32,000 bases of DNA from Desulfobulbus propionicus DSM 2032 (GTDB taxonomy: Bacteria > Desulfobacterota > Desulfobulbia > Desulfobulbales > Desulfobulbaceae), in contig NC_014972.1 of NCBI RefSeq assembly GCF_000186885.1, positions 870,001-902,000 of the forward strand, in the 5' to 3' direction. Position 1 is the stretch's first letter. Each line of letters begins with the position of its first letter. The notes beneath the pieces were generated by a model. That model saw only the letters and a program-made list of their open reading frames with translations. It was not told the DNA's origin and did no database searches. A program made the translations under genes and the position numbers. This document shows positions 12,217 through 22,413 of this stretch, piece after piece.

Positions 12217-12503
12217 AGGCTATTTATGATATAATTAAGAGCCCCTGCCTCACGGAAAAAGGGAACGCTCTTCAAGAAATGCAGTCGAAAGTCGTTTTTA
12301 AAGTCGATAAATTTGCCAATAAAATAGAAATCAAGAATGCCGTTGAAAGTCTTTTCAGTGTTAAAGTTTCTAAAGTTGCAGTAAGCAATATGACGGGCAA
12401 AAAAAAGCGAGTTGGTGCTCGGTCCGCCGGCAAGACGAGTGATTGGAAAAAAGCATATGTTACCTTATCAGAAGGGAAAATAAATTTTCTCGACGAGCTT
12501 TGA
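12213..12503 (+). CDS. rplW: 50S ribosomal protein L23, 96 aa
   Basis: YDIIKSPCLTEKGN...KVVFKVDKFANKIEIKNAVESLFSVKV; ATGA overlap with the rplD stop. Confidence 0.96.
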   Translation: MKAIYDIIKSPCLTEKGNALQEMQSKVVFKVDKFANKIEIKNAVESLFSVKVSKVAVSNMTGKKKRVGARSAGKTSDWKKAYVTLSEGKINFLDEL

Positions 12504-12545
12504 TCCATTATACGCTAAAGATTTGCGAAGATTATAGGAATTGCA

Positions 12546-13364
12546 ATGGCTATTAAAATCCACAAACCGACATCACCAGGTAGCCGTCATCATGTATCTG
12601 TCCGCCAAGAACTTTCGGATAAAGCCCCTGAAAAACGGCTCACCACTGAATTGGTTAAGACGGGCGGTCGAAATGCCTATGGCCGAGTGACTGCTCGACA
12701 CAAAGGCGGCGGTCACAAGCGAAAATATCGAATTATTGACTGGAAGCGAAACAAAACAGAAATTCCAGCCCAAGTGACCGCAATTGAATATGATCCTAAT
12801 CGATCTGCCAATTTAGCTTTATTAACATACGCGGATGGTGAAAAAACCTATATCCTGGCTCCTAATGGGCTGACAGTGGGAGATACGGTAATTTCAGGTC
12901 CCAGTGCGGATATAAAATTGGGAAATTGTCTTCCTATGACGAATATTCCTCTTGGTACTGTTATCCATAATATTGAGATGAAAATTGGTAAAGGTGCTCA
13001 ACTCGTGCGCTCGGCAGGCGCAGCGGCGCAACTTATGGCCAAGGATGGCAACCAAGTACTTGTAAAGCTTCCTTCAGGTGAAGTTCGTAAATTCAATAAA
13101 GAATGTAGAGCCTGCATTGGGCAAGTAGGAAATGCCGAATATGGAAGCCAAAAGCTTGGTAAGGCAGGGCGGGCACGCTGGAAGGGAATTAGACCTTCGG
13201 TACGTGGTGTAGCGATGAACCCTGTTGATCATCCAATGGGCGGTGGTGAAGGTAAAAGTTCAGGTGGTCGACATCCTTGCTCTCCTTGGGGTATTCCAAC
13301 AAAAGGATATAAAACGAGGAAACGTAAAGCCTCAGACCGTGATATCGTCAATAAACGGAAATAG
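12546..13364 (+). CDS. rplB: 50S ribosomal protein L2, 272 aa
   Basis: [15 protein letters not shown]...[23 protein letters not shown]..., [30 protein letters not shown]. Confidence 0.98.
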   Translation: MAIKIHKPTSPGSRHHVSVRQELSDKAPEKRLTTELVKTGGRNAYGRVTARHKGGGHKRKYRIIDWKRNKTEIPAQVTAIEYDPNRSANLALLTYADGEKTYILAPNGLTVGDTVISGPSADIKLGNCLPMTNIPLGTVIHNIEMKIGKGAQLVRSAGAAAQLMAKDGNQVLVKLPSGEVRKFNKECRACIGQVGNAEYGSQKLGKAGRARWKGIRPSVRGVAMNPVDHPMGGGEGKSSGGRHPCSPWGIPTKGYKTRKRKASDRDIVNKRK

Positions 13365-13382
13365 TCAAAGGAGATTATTGTA

Positions 13383-13655
13383 ATGGCTCGATCCATAAAA
13401 AAAGGACCTTTTGTTGATGATCATCTCATGAAAAAGGTTGAACAAGCTCAGGAAACCGGATCTAGAAAGGTCATTAAGACATGGTCTAGACGATCTGATA
13501 TATTGCCAGAGATGGTCGGTTTGACGTTTGCTGTTCACAATGGCAACAAATTTATACCTGTGTATGTAACTGAAAACATGGTCGGACATAAGTTGGGGGA
13601 ATTTTCTCCGACGCGCACCTATTATGGCCACGCATCTGATAAAAAAGGCAAATAG
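13383..13655 (+). CDS. rpsS: 30S ribosomal protein S19, 90 aa
   Basis: [19 protein letters not shown]...[22 protein letters not shown]. Confidence 0.98.
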   Translation: MARSIKKGPFVDDHLMKKVEQAQETGSRKVIKTWSRRSDILPEMVGLTFAVHNGNKFIPVYVTENMVGHKLGEFSPTRTYYGHASDKKGK

Positions 13656-13696
13656 GTAGTAGATTTCGTAGCCAGATTTTACTAGGAGTGAAAACG

Positions 13697-14029
13697 ATGG
13701 AGACAAGAGCCGTCGCAAAATATATACGAATTTCCCCACAAAAAGCTCGCTTGGTTGCCGATGTTATACGAGGAATGAATGCAGAAAAAGCGGTCACAAC
13801 CCTTCGTTTCATGCCCAAAAAAGCAGCTCGTGTTATTCGCAAGGTTTTGGAATCCGCAGTTGCAAATGCGGATCAGATGGAATCCATTGATGTCGATACC
13901 CTTTATGTGAAGGAGATCACTGTTGATGGTGGACCCATGTTGAAACGATTTAGTCCACGTGCACAGGGGAGAGCGACTAGAATTCTTAAGCGAACCAGCC
14001 ACATCACTGTTGTCGTTGATGAAGCGTAA
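13697..14029 (+). CDS. rplV: 50S ribosomal protein L22, 110 aa
   Basis: AVAKYIRISPQKARLVADVIRG...PRAQGRATRILKRTSHITVVV; ATG 13697 with AGGAG SD preferred over GTG 13688. Confidence 0.96.
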   Translation: METRAVAKYIRISPQKARLVADVIRGMNAEKAVTTLRFMPKKAARVIRKVLESAVANADQMESIDVDTLYVKEITVDGGPMLKRFSPRAQGRATRILKRTSHITVVVDEA

Positions 14030-14080
14030 ATTCTAAGCGATACTTTTTGAAACTAATAGAAGAGGGAACGGAGGATTATC

Positions 14081-14746
14081 TTGGGACAGAAAGTCAATCC
14101 CGTCGGACTGCGGATCAACATCACACGCTCTTGGGAATCCATTTGGTACGCTGATAAAGATTACGCGAATAATTTGCATCAGGACCAGCTTATACGGAAA
14201 TACCTAAAACAAAGACTTTTTCATGCCGGTGTATCTCGTATCGTCATTGAACGTACGGGAGAAAAAGTGAAAGTCAAACTTTTTACTGCACGTCCAGGTA
14301 TCGTTATTGGCAAGAAAGGGACTGAGATCGAAGGGTTAAAAAAAGATCTCGAGACCAAATTCAAACGGAATTGTTTTATTGATATTCAGGAAGTACGTCG
14401 ACCTGAAGCGGACGCGCAACTGGTTGCTGAAAATATTGCCTCCCAATTGGAGAAGCGCATTGCTTTTAGACGTGCCATGAAGAAATCAATCAATTCTGCC
14501 TTGCGATTTGGCGTACAAGGTATCAAGATTTCTTGTTCAGGTCGGCTAGGGGGTGCAGAAATGTCCCGCACGGAATGGTTCAAAGAGGGACGGGTCCCAC
14601 TCCACACCCTTCGCGCAGATATTGATTATGGTACAGCTGAAGCCAAGACAACTTATGGGATAATTGGTGTCAAGGTCTGGATTTTTAAGGGTGAAATTTT
14701 AGCTGACACTGAGCAGGTTAGTGAACAACCTTCCCAGGCGAATTAA
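14081..14746 (+). CDS. rpsC: 30S ribosomal protein S3, 221 aa, TTG start
   Basis: [25 protein letters not shown]..., [31 protein letters not shown]; GGAGG SD upstream. Confidence 0.98.
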   Translation: MGQKVNPVGLRINITRSWESIWYADKDYANNLHQDQLIRKYLKQRLFHAGVSRIVIERTGEKVKVKLFTARPGIVIGKKGTEIEGLKKDLETKFKRNCFIDIQEVRRPEADAQLVAENIASQLEKRIAFRRAMKKSINSALRFGVQGIKISCSGRLGGAEMSRTEWFKEGRVPLHTLRADIDYGTAEAKTTYGIIGVKVWIFKGEILADTEQVSEQPSQAN

Positions 14747-14806
14747 TTTTTTCGATATTTAATTAGTTCTCCTTGAACTAAATGTTCCTTTTAGGAGTTT
14801 GATAGT

Positions 14807-15223
14807 ATGTTAAGTCCTCGAAAAGTTAAACATCGAAAACAGCATAAAGGTAGGATGACCGGTGAATCTTATCGTGGTGCTGAACTTGCATTTGGTGAAT
14901 ATGCGCTAAAAGCTGTTGGATGTGGACGAATGACCGCCCAGCAGATAGAAGCTGCCCGTATCGCAATTAATCGAAAAGTCAAACGTGGTGGTAAATTGTG
15001 GATTAGAATATTCCCCGATAAACCTATCACGAAGAAACCCGCTGAAACACGAATGGGTAAAGGAAAAGGTGTTCCCGAGTATTGGGTGGCGACGATACGC
15101 CCAGGGCGAATTTTGTACGAATTGAAGGGAATCCCAGAGGAACTCGCGATTGAGGCATTGCGACTTGCGAGCTTTAAATTACCTTTCCCAACCACGGTTA
15201 TCAGCAAGAGTAAAACGATATGA
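14807..15223 (+). CDS. rplP: 50S ribosomal protein L16, 138 aa
   Basis: [19 protein letters not shown]..., [27 protein letters not shown]. Confidence 0.98.
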   Translation: MLSPRKVKHRKQHKGRMTGESYRGAELAFGEYALKAVGCGRMTAQQIEAARIAINRKVKRGGKLWIRIFPDKPITKKPAETRMGKGKGVPEYWVATIRPGRILYELKGIPEELAIEALRLASFKLPFPTTVISKSKTI

Positions 15224-15420
15224 AAGCAAAAGAGTTAAGAAGTTTAGCTGTAGACGATTTGCTCAAGAAAAATCAGGAAATGCGTGAAGACTTGTTTCGG
15301 CTTCGCTTTAAGCATTCTATCCGACGGCTTGAGAATTCAGCAAAACTGAGTCAACTTAAAAAGGATATCGCAAGGGTCCAAACCGTCCTCACACAAAAAC
15401 AAAAGGGCCAATCCGTCTAA
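15220..15420 (+). CDS. rpmC: 50S ribosomal protein L29, 66 aa
   Basis: [33 protein letters not shown]...; ATGA overlap with rplP. Confidence 0.95.
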   Translation: MKAKELRSLAVDDLLKKNQEMREDLFRLRFKHSIRRLENSAKLSQLKKDIARVQTVLTQKQKGQSV

Positions 15421-15449
15421 CCGGCTAAAATATGTCTTGGAAAACGACT

Positions 15450-15704
15450 ATGAGCGACCATGTAAAGAAAACACGTCAAGGTTTTGTTGTAAGCAACAAA
15501 ATGGATAAAAGTGTTGTCATTTTAGTGGAAAGGAAGATTCCTCACAAACTTTATGGGAAATATATTCGACAACGTGTTAAGTATATGGCCCATGATGCCC
15601 TCAACCAATGTCAAATCGGCGATTTGGTGATGATAGAAGAGTGTCGACCTCTGTCTAAAAATAAACGATGGCTGGTTCGAAACATTATCGAGCGGGCCGC
15701 ATGA
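15450..15704 (+). CDS. rpsQ: 30S ribosomal protein S17, 84 aa (possible alternative ATG at 15432)
   Basis: [41 protein letters not shown]...[19 protein letters not shown]. Confidence 0.93.
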   Translation: MSDHVKKTRQGFVVSNKMDKSVVILVERKIPHKLYGKYIRQRVKYMAHDALNQCQIGDLVMIEECRPLSKNKRWLVRNIIERAA

Positions 15705-15764
15705 TGTTTTGTGTGGATTTTTTAAGCTTGATAAAATGAAATTTGGAAATAGTCGGGTGAGGTC

Positions 15765-16133
15765 ATGATTCAAACTGAAACCGTGTTAAATGTTGCCGAT
15801 AATTCAGGTGCCAAGAAGGTGCTTTGTATCAGAGTATTGGGTGGAACGAAGAAACGATACGCAGGAATCGGTGATATCATAGTTGTTACTGTTAAAGAAG
15901 CCATTCCGCATGCAAAGGTAAAAAAAGGGGATGTTCTTAACGCAGTTGTTGTTCGAACTGTAAAATCAATTAAACGACCCGAAGACACTACCGTTAAATT
16001 CGATGAGAATGCTGCTGTTTTATTAGCTAATAACGGTGAACCTATAGGAACACGAATTTTTGGACCTATCGCCCGTGAACTTAGGTCACTGGGATTCATG
16101 AAAATTATTTCTCTAGCTCCAGAAGTTTTATAA
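15765..16133 (+). CDS. rplN: 50S ribosomal protein L14, 122 aa
   Basis: [27 protein letters not shown]..., [28 protein letters not shown]. Confidence 0.98.
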   Translation: MIQTETVLNVADNSGAKKVLCIRVLGGTKKRYAGIGDIIVVTVKEAIPHAKVKKGDVLNAVVVRTVKSIKRPEDTTVKFDENAAVLLANNGEPIGTRIFGPIARELRSLGFMKIISLAPEVL

Positions 16134-16174
16134 TATTTTATAAAACAAACGGAATATATTGAGGTACTGGAAAG

Positions 16175-16510
16175 ATGCGCCATTGTAGCACGAATTTACG
16201 CGTTAATGATAAGGTTGAAGTTATAACTGGAAAGGATAAAGGTCGTGTAGGTAAAATTCTTAAAATTGATCGCGAAAAGAACAAGGTTCTTGTTGAGCGA
16301 ATTAATTTAATAAAAAAGCATCAAAAAGCCAAAGATGCCTCACAAACCGGGCAGATAATCGAACGCGAATCCAGCATTAATCTTTCCAACGTAATGTTAG
16401 TTTGTCCAGAGTGTGCCGAAACTGTAAGGATCGGAAAGAAGGTGCTCGAGGATGGCACTAAAGTTAGAATATGTAAGAAATGTCAAGCAACCATTGAATC
16501 TACCAAATAG
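16175..16510 (+). CDS. rplX: 50S ribosomal protein L24, 111 aa
   Basis: [42 protein letters not shown]; C-terminal CPEC...CKKC. Confidence 0.95.
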   Translation: MRHCSTNLRVNDKVEVITGKDKGRVGKILKIDREKNKVLVERINLIKKHQKAKDASQTGQIIERESSINLSNVMLVCPECAETVRIGKKVLEDGTKVRICKKCQATIESTK

Positions 16511-16535
16511 TAGAACTTGTCGGCGCACGGAGCAA

Positions 16536-17081
16536 ATGATGGGCACATTAAAAGAACAGTATGAAAATGAACTTAAATCCGCATTACAAAAATCATTAGC
16601 AATCTCTAATGTTATGGAGATTCCGCGGATTGAGAAGATCGTTTTAAATATGGGCTTAGGCGATGCAGTTCAAAATCCAAAAGTTGTAGAAAAAGCCGCT
16701 CACGAGCTAACGTTGATTGCAGGACAAAAAGCCGTTGTGACTCGGGCTAAGAAATCAATAGCGACCTTTAAATTGCGTGAAGGTATGCCGATTGGAGCAC
16801 GTGTGACTTTGCGAAAAGATCGAATGTATGATTTTCTTGCAAAATTGATCCATATTGCTTTACCGCGAGTACGTGATTTTAGAGGCATTTCTTTCAAAGG
16901 ATTTGACGGACGCGGCAACTTCTCCATGGGAGTGACCGAACACATCATTTTTCCTGAAATTGATTACGATAAAATTGATCAAATCAGAGGACTCAATATT
17001 ACTATAGTCACTAGCTCCAAAACTGATGAGGGGGCTAAAGCTTTGCTGGATGCCATTGGCATGCCCTTCAGAAAAAAATAA
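16536..17081 (+). CDS. rplE: 50S ribosomal protein L5, 181 aa
   Basis: [59 protein letters not shown]; ATG 16536 preferred over the track start 16452, which lies inside rplX. Confidence 0.95.
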   Translation: MMGTLKEQYENELKSALQKSLAISNVMEIPRIEKIVLNMGLGDAVQNPKVVEKAAHELTLIAGQKAVVTRAKKSIATFKLREGMPIGARVTLRKDRMYDFLAKLIHIALPRVRDFRGISFKGFDGRGNFSMGVTEHIIFPEIDYDKIDQIRGLNITIVTSSKTDEGAKALLDAIGMPFRKK

Positions 17082-17125
17082 TTTTTAGTCCACAACTGCT
17101 ACGTTAAGTCTCGGAGGAAAATTCA

Positions 17126-17311
17126 GTGGCAAAAAAATCACTCATTGCCAAAGCCAAGCGTGTTTCTAAATTTTCGACCAGATCCTATAATCGATGTCCA
17201 TTATGTGGAAGAGCCCGCGCTTATTACAGGAAATTTGGCATTTGTCGGCTATGTTTTCGCAAATTGGCATCGCAAGGCGAGATCACCGGTGTAACTAAAT
17301 CTAGCTGGTAA
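17126..17311 (+). CDS. rpsN: 30S ribosomal protein S14, zinc-binding (C+) type, 61 aa, GTG start
   Basis: [12 protein letters not shown]...[41 protein letters not shown]; CxxC x12 CxxC pattern. Confidence 0.97.
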   Translation: MAKKSLIAKAKRVSKFSTRSYNRCPLCGRARAYYRKFGICRLCFRKLASQGEITGVTKSSW

Positions 17312-17353
17312 TTTTACATCAAACTGGTTCAAATTTTATAAGAGGATTTTTCG

Positions 17354-17752
17354 ATGTCCATGAGTGACCCGTTAGCAGATATGCTGACTAGAATTAGAAA
17401 TGCTACGAAATCGCGTTTCAACTCTGTGGAAATACCACTGTCGACTCTTAAGGTTAGTGTAGCGCGCGTTTTGAAAAATGAGGGGTATATTTCTGACTAT
17501 CAAATTATAAAAGATGGTCCTCAAGGAATATTGAAATTACACCTCAAGTATGGTGCTCACAATGAAATTGTCATTTCCGGCATACGTAGGGTAAGCAAAC
17601 CCGGTCATCGACGATATACGACCAGTGATAATATTCCAAAAGTCATGAGCGGATTGGGTATTGCAATTTTGACTACTTCAAAAGGAGTCATCACTGATAA
17701 AGAAGCTCGTACGCAAAATATTGGTGGTGAGCTTCTTTGCGAGGTATGGTAA
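17354..17752 (+). CDS. rpsH: 30S ribosomal protein S8, 132 aa
   Basis: MSDPLADMLTRIRNATKSRFNSVEIPLS...GLGIAILTTSKGVITDKEARTQNIGGELLCEVW. Confidence 0.98.
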   Translation: MSMSDPLADMLTRIRNATKSRFNSVEIPLSTLKVSVARVLKNEGYISDYQIIKDGPQGILKLHLKYGAHNEIVISGIRRVSKPGHRRYTTSDNIPKVMSGLGIAILTTSKGVITDKEARTQNIGGELLCEVW

Positions 17753-17786
17753 CTTTTGTAAGTTTAGCTGTTAACAGGAGAAGCTA

Positions 17787-18329
17787 ATGTCCAGAATAGG
17801 AAAACAACCAATTCCAATTCCCGCTGGTGTCAAGATTGAAATTCAAGGTACACATATCAAGGTGCTAGGGGGAAAAGGAACGCTTGAACGCGATATTCGG
17901 CCAGAAATAGAAGTCGTGGCATACGACAATACCTTAGTCTGTAATCCGAAAGGCACGAGTAAAAAAGTAATGGCTTTTTGGGGAATGACTCGTTCTTTAA
18001 TTCATAATATGGTTGTCGGTGTTGACCAAGGGTTTTCTAAAAAATTAATGGTCGAGGGCGTTGGCTATCGAGCCTCTGTCAGTGGAAATGTCCTCACTCT
18101 GAACGTCGGATATTCTAGTGGTGTAGAATACAGTCTACCGGCAGGCATTTCTGCATCTGTTGAAAAGGATAATTCTATTATGCTTCAAGGTATAGACAAG
18201 GAACTCGTTGGACTTGTCGCAGCGCAAATCCGCGGAATACGGAAACCAGAACCTTACAAGGGTAAGGGTATTCGATACTTTGATGAGCATATTGTGAGAA
18301 AAGTCGGAAAAGCCGGCGGTAAGAAATAA
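17787..18329 (+). CDS. rplF: 50S ribosomal protein L6, 180 aa
   Basis: MSRIGKQPIPIPAGVKIEIQGTHIKVLGGKGTLERDI..., IRKPEPYKGKGIRYFDEHIVRKVGKAGGKK. Confidence 0.98.
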   Translation: MSRIGKQPIPIPAGVKIEIQGTHIKVLGGKGTLERDIRPEIEVVAYDNTLVCNPKGTSKKVMAFWGMTRSLIHNMVVGVDQGFSKKLMVEGVGYRASVSGNVLTLNVGYSSGVEYSLPAGISASVEKDNSIMLQGIDKELVGLVAAQIRGIRKPEPYKGKGIRYFDEHIVRKVGKAGGKK

Positions 18330-18362
18330 TAAACAAACAAATCTCAAATAATATAGTGAACT

Positions 18363-18728
18363 ATGGCGAAGACAAATCCTAAAGTCACCGCAAGAAGAAA
18401 ACGAGTTCAACGTATCCGGGTCAAAATTTTCGGTACAAACGAGCGACCTAGAATGAGCGTATATCGAAGTAATAAACATATATATGCTCAGATTATTGAT
18501 GATGTCCACCACAAAACTTTAGTCGCGATGTCCAGTGATTCAAAGATTTTTGATGATGCAGAATCGATCAATAAATGTGAAAAAGCAAAAAAGGTAGGCC
18601 TTCTTATTGCGGAAAAGGCAAAAGCTATCGGAATTGACAAGATAGTTTTCGATCGGGGCGGATATCTCTATCATGGCAGGATCAAGGCCTTGTCTGATGG
18701 CGCTCGCGAAGGTGGATTAGAGTTTTAA
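18363..18728 (+). CDS. rplR: 50S ribosomal protein L18, 121 aa
   Basis: [37 protein letters not shown]...[26 protein letters not shown]. Confidence 0.97.
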   Translation: MAKTNPKVTARRKRVQRIRVKIFGTNERPRMSVYRSNKHIYAQIIDDVHHKTLVAMSSDSKIFDDAESINKCEKAKKVGLLIAEKAKAIGIDKIVFDRGGYLYHGRIKALSDGAREGGLEF

Positions 18729-18776
18729 TTAACATACAGATTATTCATAATTTCTTTATTGCGACGGGGGTGTTTC

Positions 18777-19289
18777 TTGGCTGAATTTAAGAAATCAAAA
18801 GACGGGATCCAGGAAGAGCTCATCGAAAAAATTGTTTTCATTAATCGAGTAGCAAAAGTAGTTAAGGGTGGTAGGCGGTTTAGCTTTAGTGCCATTGTCG
18901 TTGTTGGAGATGGGCACGGCAAAGTTGGATATGGTTTAGGAAAAGCAAACCAAGTCCCTGAGGCAATCCGCAAAGGTATTGAGCAAGCTCGTAAGGATAT
19001 GCAACATGTTTCCTTGACATCCGTTTCGATCCCACACGATGTCGTTGGTCAGTTCAAATCAGGAAGTGTCATGTTGAAGCCAGCCTCTGATGGAACAGGT
19101 GTTATAGCCGGTGGTGCTGTCCGCGCGGTTCTTGAGGCCGCAGGGGTTCAAAATATTCTGACGAAGTGTTTGGGATCAAACAATCCTCACAATCTTGTCA
19201 AGGCCACTATGAATGGTCTCCGGCGTTTGCGCACAGCTGAGCAGATTGCTAAGCTCCGCAATAAGACTATAGAAGAGATTGCAGCATAA
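18777..19289 (+). CDS. rpsE: 30S ribosomal protein S5, 170 aa, probable TTG start
   Basis: [61 protein letters not shown]; TTG at 18777 gives [10 protein letters not shown] with a GGGGG/SD-like tract upstream; the track's TTG 18759 is less likely. Confidence 0.93.
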   Translation: MAEFKKSKDGIQEELIEKIVFINRVAKVVKGGRRFSFSAIVVVGDGHGKVGYGLGKANQVPEAIRKGIEQARKDMQHVSLTSVSIPHDVVGQFKSGSVMLKPASDGTGVIAGGAVRAVLEAAGVQNILTKCLGSNNPHNLVKATMNGLRRLRTAEQIAKLRNKTIEEIAA

Positions 19290-19317
19290 AGCTTCTGGTG
19301 GAAAAGGGCTCACAAAA

Positions 19318-19497
19318 ATGGACAAAATAGTTACATTCACTCAAATAAAAAGTTACATAGGAAGTCCAAAAGCCGTCCGTGCTACTTTGATCGGATTAGG
19401 CTTGACCAAAATGTACAAAACAGTGACCCGTAAGGATACACCTGAATTACGCGGCATGTTGAACAAGGTCCAGCACCTGGTTAAATTGGAGGACTAG
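19318..19497 (+). CDS. rpmD: 50S ribosomal protein L30, 59 aa
   Basis: IVTFTQIKSYIGSPKAVRATLIGLGLTKMYKTVTRKDTPELRGMLNKVQHLVKLED; ATG at 19318 preferred over the track start 19279, which overlaps rpsE. Confidence 0.95.
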   Translation: MDKIVTFTQIKSYIGSPKAVRATLIGLGLTKMYKTVTRKDTPELRGMLNKVQHLVKLED

Positions 19498-19500
19498 AAC

Positions 19501-19938
19501 GTGATTAAGTTAAACACACTCGCTCCAAGTGAAGGCGCGAGAAAAGCGAAGAAACGTGTCGGACGTGGCCCTGGAAGTGGTCATGGCAAAACCGGAGCTC
19601 GTGGGCATAAAGGTGCTCGTGCACGGTCCGGATACAGTGCCAGCCCAGGCTTCGAGGGGGGGCAAATGCCTTTGCATCGTCGGCTTCCAAAGCGAGGATT
19701 TAATAACATATTCAAAAAGACATATACCATATTGTCGCTGGATGAACTGAACAGGTTTGATGCTGGAACCGTTATTGATTTAAATTGTCTGATCGATGCT
19801 GGTTTAGTTGAGCCTGGTCAATCGGTTAAAATTTTAGCCAATGGCGAAATCACGAGAGCATTAAATGTCAAAATTGCTCAGATTAGCAGTAGTGCTAAAG
19901 AGAAAATCATTGCTGCTGGTGGAACCATTGAGGAGTAA
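19501..19938 (+). CDS. rplO: 50S ribosomal protein L15, 145 aa, GTG start
   Basis: LNTLAPSEGARKAKKRVGRGPGSGHGKTGARGHKGARARSG...GFEGGQMPLHRRLPKRGF. Confidence 0.97.
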   Translation: MIKLNTLAPSEGARKAKKRVGRGPGSGHGKTGARGHKGARARSGYSASPGFEGGQMPLHRRLPKRGFNNIFKKTYTILSLDELNRFDAGTVIDLNCLIDAGLVEPGQSVKILANGEITRALNVKIAQISSSAKEKIIAAGGTIEE

Positions 19939-19941
19939 TGC

Positions 19942-21246
19942 ATGAGCGGTCTCATCAGTGCTGCTAGTATTCCTGATTTACGCAAGAGAGTGGTTTTCAC
20001 TCTCTTGATGCTTTTGGTCTACAGAATGGGAGTGCAAATTCCCACACCTGGCATAAACGGAGAAGCCCTTACCGCTTTTTTTGAAAAAAATGCAAGTACC
20101 CTTTTTGGCATGTTTAATATGTTCTCAGGCGGTGCCTTAGAGAACTTTTCCATATTTGCCCTTGGAATTATGCCGTATATTTCGGCGTCCATTATAATAC
20201 AATTACTCACCGTCGTTGTTCCGCAACTTGAAACGCTTTCCAAAGAAGGTGAATCCGGTAGAAGAAAAATCACACAATATACAAGATATGGTACAGTCGT
20301 GCTTTCTATAATCCAAGGCTTTTTTATTGCCACTGGCTTAGAAGGAATGACAAGTCCCAACGGCGTTCCCATTGTAATAGATCCAAGTTTACACTTCAAA
20401 TTAATGACAGTACTCACGCTTACCTCTGGCACTGCTTTTATCATGTGGCTCGGGGAACAGATGACTGAGCGTGGAATCGGCAACGGCATTTCGCTTATTA
20501 TTTTCTCAGGAATAGTAGCGCGAATGCCATCTGCAGTCGCAAATACAATCGAGCTTATAAAAACAGGGGAGCTGTCTCTCATTTTTGTTCCCCTGATATT
20601 GGCATTAATGTTTTTAATTGTTGCATTTATTATTTTTGTTGAAACCTCCCAGCGCAGGATCCCCATCCAATATGCAAAAAGGGTTGTAGGCAGACGGGTT
20701 TATGGGGGGCAGGCCTCCCATTTACCTCTTAAAATCAATGTATCTGGTGTTATTCCCCCTATTTTTGCCTCGTCTATCATGATGTTTCCGGCGACCATTG
20801 GTTCCTTTGTTCATATAGACTGGGTGCAACGGATATCGGCTGCCTTTTCACCTGGAACAGTGTATTACTATCTTCTCTATGTGGGAATGATTGTATTTTT
20901 TTGTTTTTTTTATGCAGCAGTATCTTTTAAAGCAGATGATGTGGCTGAGAATTTAAAGAAAAATGGTGGGTTTATACCAGGCATTCGGCCTGGAAAACGA
21001 ACCTCTGAATTTTTAGATAGCACATTAATTAGACTTACAGTTGTAGGAGCCATCTATTTAAGTGCCGTATGTGTTATGCCCACTCTTCTTATTGCCGAGT
21101 TAAAGGTTCCTTTTTACTTTGGCGGGACAGCTCTTTTAATTGTAGTTGGTGTAGCAATCGATACAATTTCGCAAATAGAATCTCACCTTATTATGCGAAA
21201 TTATGATGGTTTTATGAAAAATAATCGGATACGGGGACGGAATTAG
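19942..21246 (+). CDS. secY: Protein translocase subunit SecY, 434 aa
   Basis: Multi-TM; YRMGVQIPTPGIN, FALGIMPYISASIIIQLLTVVVPQLE, GNGISLIIFSGIVARMP, VNVSGVIPPIFASS-like core, FFCFFYAAVSFKADDVAENLKKNGGFIPGIRPGKRTSEFL. Confidence 0.98.
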   Translation: MSGLISAASIPDLRKRVVFTLLMLLVYRMGVQIPTPGINGEALTAFFEKNASTLFGMFNMFSGGALENFSIFALGIMPYISASIIIQLLTVVVPQLETLSKEGESGRRKITQYTRYGTVVLSIIQGFFIATGLEGMTSPNGVPIVIDPSLHFKLMTVLTLTSGTAFIMWLGEQMTERGIGNGISLIIFSGIVARMPSAVANTIELIKTGELSLIFVPLILALMFLIVAFIIFVETSQRRIPIQYAKRVVGRRVYGGQASHLPLKINVSGVIPPIFASSIMMFPATIGSFVHIDWVQRISAAFSPGTVYYYLLYVGMIVFFCFFYAAVSFKADDVAENLKKNGGFIPGIRPGKRTSEFLDSTLIRLTVVGAIYLSAVCVMPTLLIAELKVPFYFGGTALLIVVGVAIDTISQIESHLIMRNYDGFMKNNRIRGRN

Positions 21247-21253
21247 GAGTATT

Positions 21254-22045
21254 GTGACAAAAAGTTATACCGAAAATGCGATTATCATTAAAAATTCTGA
21301 TGAAATAGCAATTATGCATAAAGCAAACCAGATAGTTGCTGGCGTGCTTTCCTTACTGGAATCTAATATCACCGAAGGTATAACAACTTTTGAGCTTGAT
21401 AAATTGGCTGAAGAATATTGCTATGATCACCATGCAAAACCTGCTTTTAAAGGTTACAAAGGTTTTCCCGCAAGTCTCTGTGCATCAGTCAATGAAGAGG
21501 TAGTACACGGAATACCATCAAAGAAAAAACTTCTTCGATCAGGGGATATTGTATCTTTAGATTTTGGTGTGTTATATCAAGGATTTTATGGTGACTCAGC
21601 AATAACTGTAACTGTGGGTAACGTCTCACCAACAGTTGAACGTCTTCTTGAAGTAACTAGAAACGCTCTTTTAAGAGGTATTGAGCAGGCTCGAGTTGGT
21701 AATAGAGTTTCGGATATTTCACGTGCAGTTCAGAATTATGCTGAGTCATACGGGTTTTCTGTAGTACGTCAATTTGTTGGTCATGGCATTGGGGCGAATT
21801 TGCATGAGCCTCCTGAAATTCCCAACTATGTTCAAAGACAAGCTTCGCCTCGGCTTGTCGAAGGTATGGTGTTGGCAATTGAGCCTATGATCAACATGGG
21901 CGGAGAAAAGGTAAAAGTTCTTAATGATCAATGGACAGTTGTAACTGCTGACAGGAAGCCCTCAGCCCACTTCGAACATTCCGTCGCGGTACTTTCATCA
22001 GGACCTCTGGTTCTCAGCGAACGGTTACCCCATATAGCCTATTAA
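21254..22045 (+). CDS. map: Methionine aminopeptidase type I, 263 aa, GTG start
   Basis: KGFPASLCASVNEEVVHGIPSKKKLLRSGDIVSLDFGV, GDSAITVTVG, FVGHGIGANLHEPPEIPNY, EPMINMGG. Confidence 0.97.
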   Translation: MTKSYTENAIIIKNSDEIAIMHKANQIVAGVLSLLESNITEGITTFELDKLAEEYCYDHHAKPAFKGYKGFPASLCASVNEEVVHGIPSKKKLLRSGDIVSLDFGVLYQGFYGDSAITVTVGNVSPTVERLLEVTRNALLRGIEQARVGNRVSDISRAVQNYAESYGFSVVRQFVGHGIGANLHEPPEIPNYVQRQASPRLVEGMVLAIEPMINMGGEKVKVLNDQWTVVTADRKPSAHFEHSVAVLSSGPLVLSERLPHIAY

Positions 22046-22087
22046 TCCCCATGAGTTTGATATTATCGCTATATAGGGCAAAATTTC

Positions 22088-22116
22088 TTGAAAAATTTAT
22101 TTTTATTCGATATAAG
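22088..22116 (+). promoter_or_regulatory. Candidate sigma70-type promoter upstream of infA: TTGAAA-17 nt-TATAAG
   Basis: TTGAAA at 22088-22093 (5/6), 17-nt spacer, TATAAG at 22111-22116 (5/6), in the map-infA gap. Confidence 0.55.
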
Positions 22117-22155
22117 TTTAAATTTTAGCTCTATCATTTAGGGGTGGATTTCTTT

Positions 22156-22392
22156 ATGGCGAAAGAAGAAGCCATTGAAGTAGAAGGTACCATTATCGAA
22201 CCATTACCGAATGCTATGTTTCAGGTAGAACTTGATAATGGTCACAAAGTGCTTGCGCATATTTCCGGGAAAATGCGTATGCACTACATTAAGATTCTTC
22301 CTGGTGATCGCGTAACCGTTGAGCTATCCCCTTATGATTTAACAAGGGGGCGGGTTACCTTTCGCGCCAAGGGCGGGAAAGGGAAAAAATAA
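22156..22392 (+). CDS. infA: Translation initiation factor IF-1, 78 aa
   Basis: [70 protein letters not shown]. Confidence 0.97.
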   Translation: MAKEEAIEVEGTIIEPLPNAMFQVELDNGHKVLAHISGKMRMHYIKILPGDRVTVELSPYDLTRGRVTFRAKGGKGKK

Positions 22393-22413
22393 TTAAATTG
22401 TCGTAGGTGCACC

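Noticed and set aside
16452-16535. N-terminal extension of rplE given in the ORF track
   Set aside because: It would overlap rplX; the conserved L5 N-terminus starts at ATG 16536. Similar upstream extensions of rpsL, rpsG, rplC, rplD, rpmD, infA, rpsB, tsf and pyrH were trimmed for the same reason.
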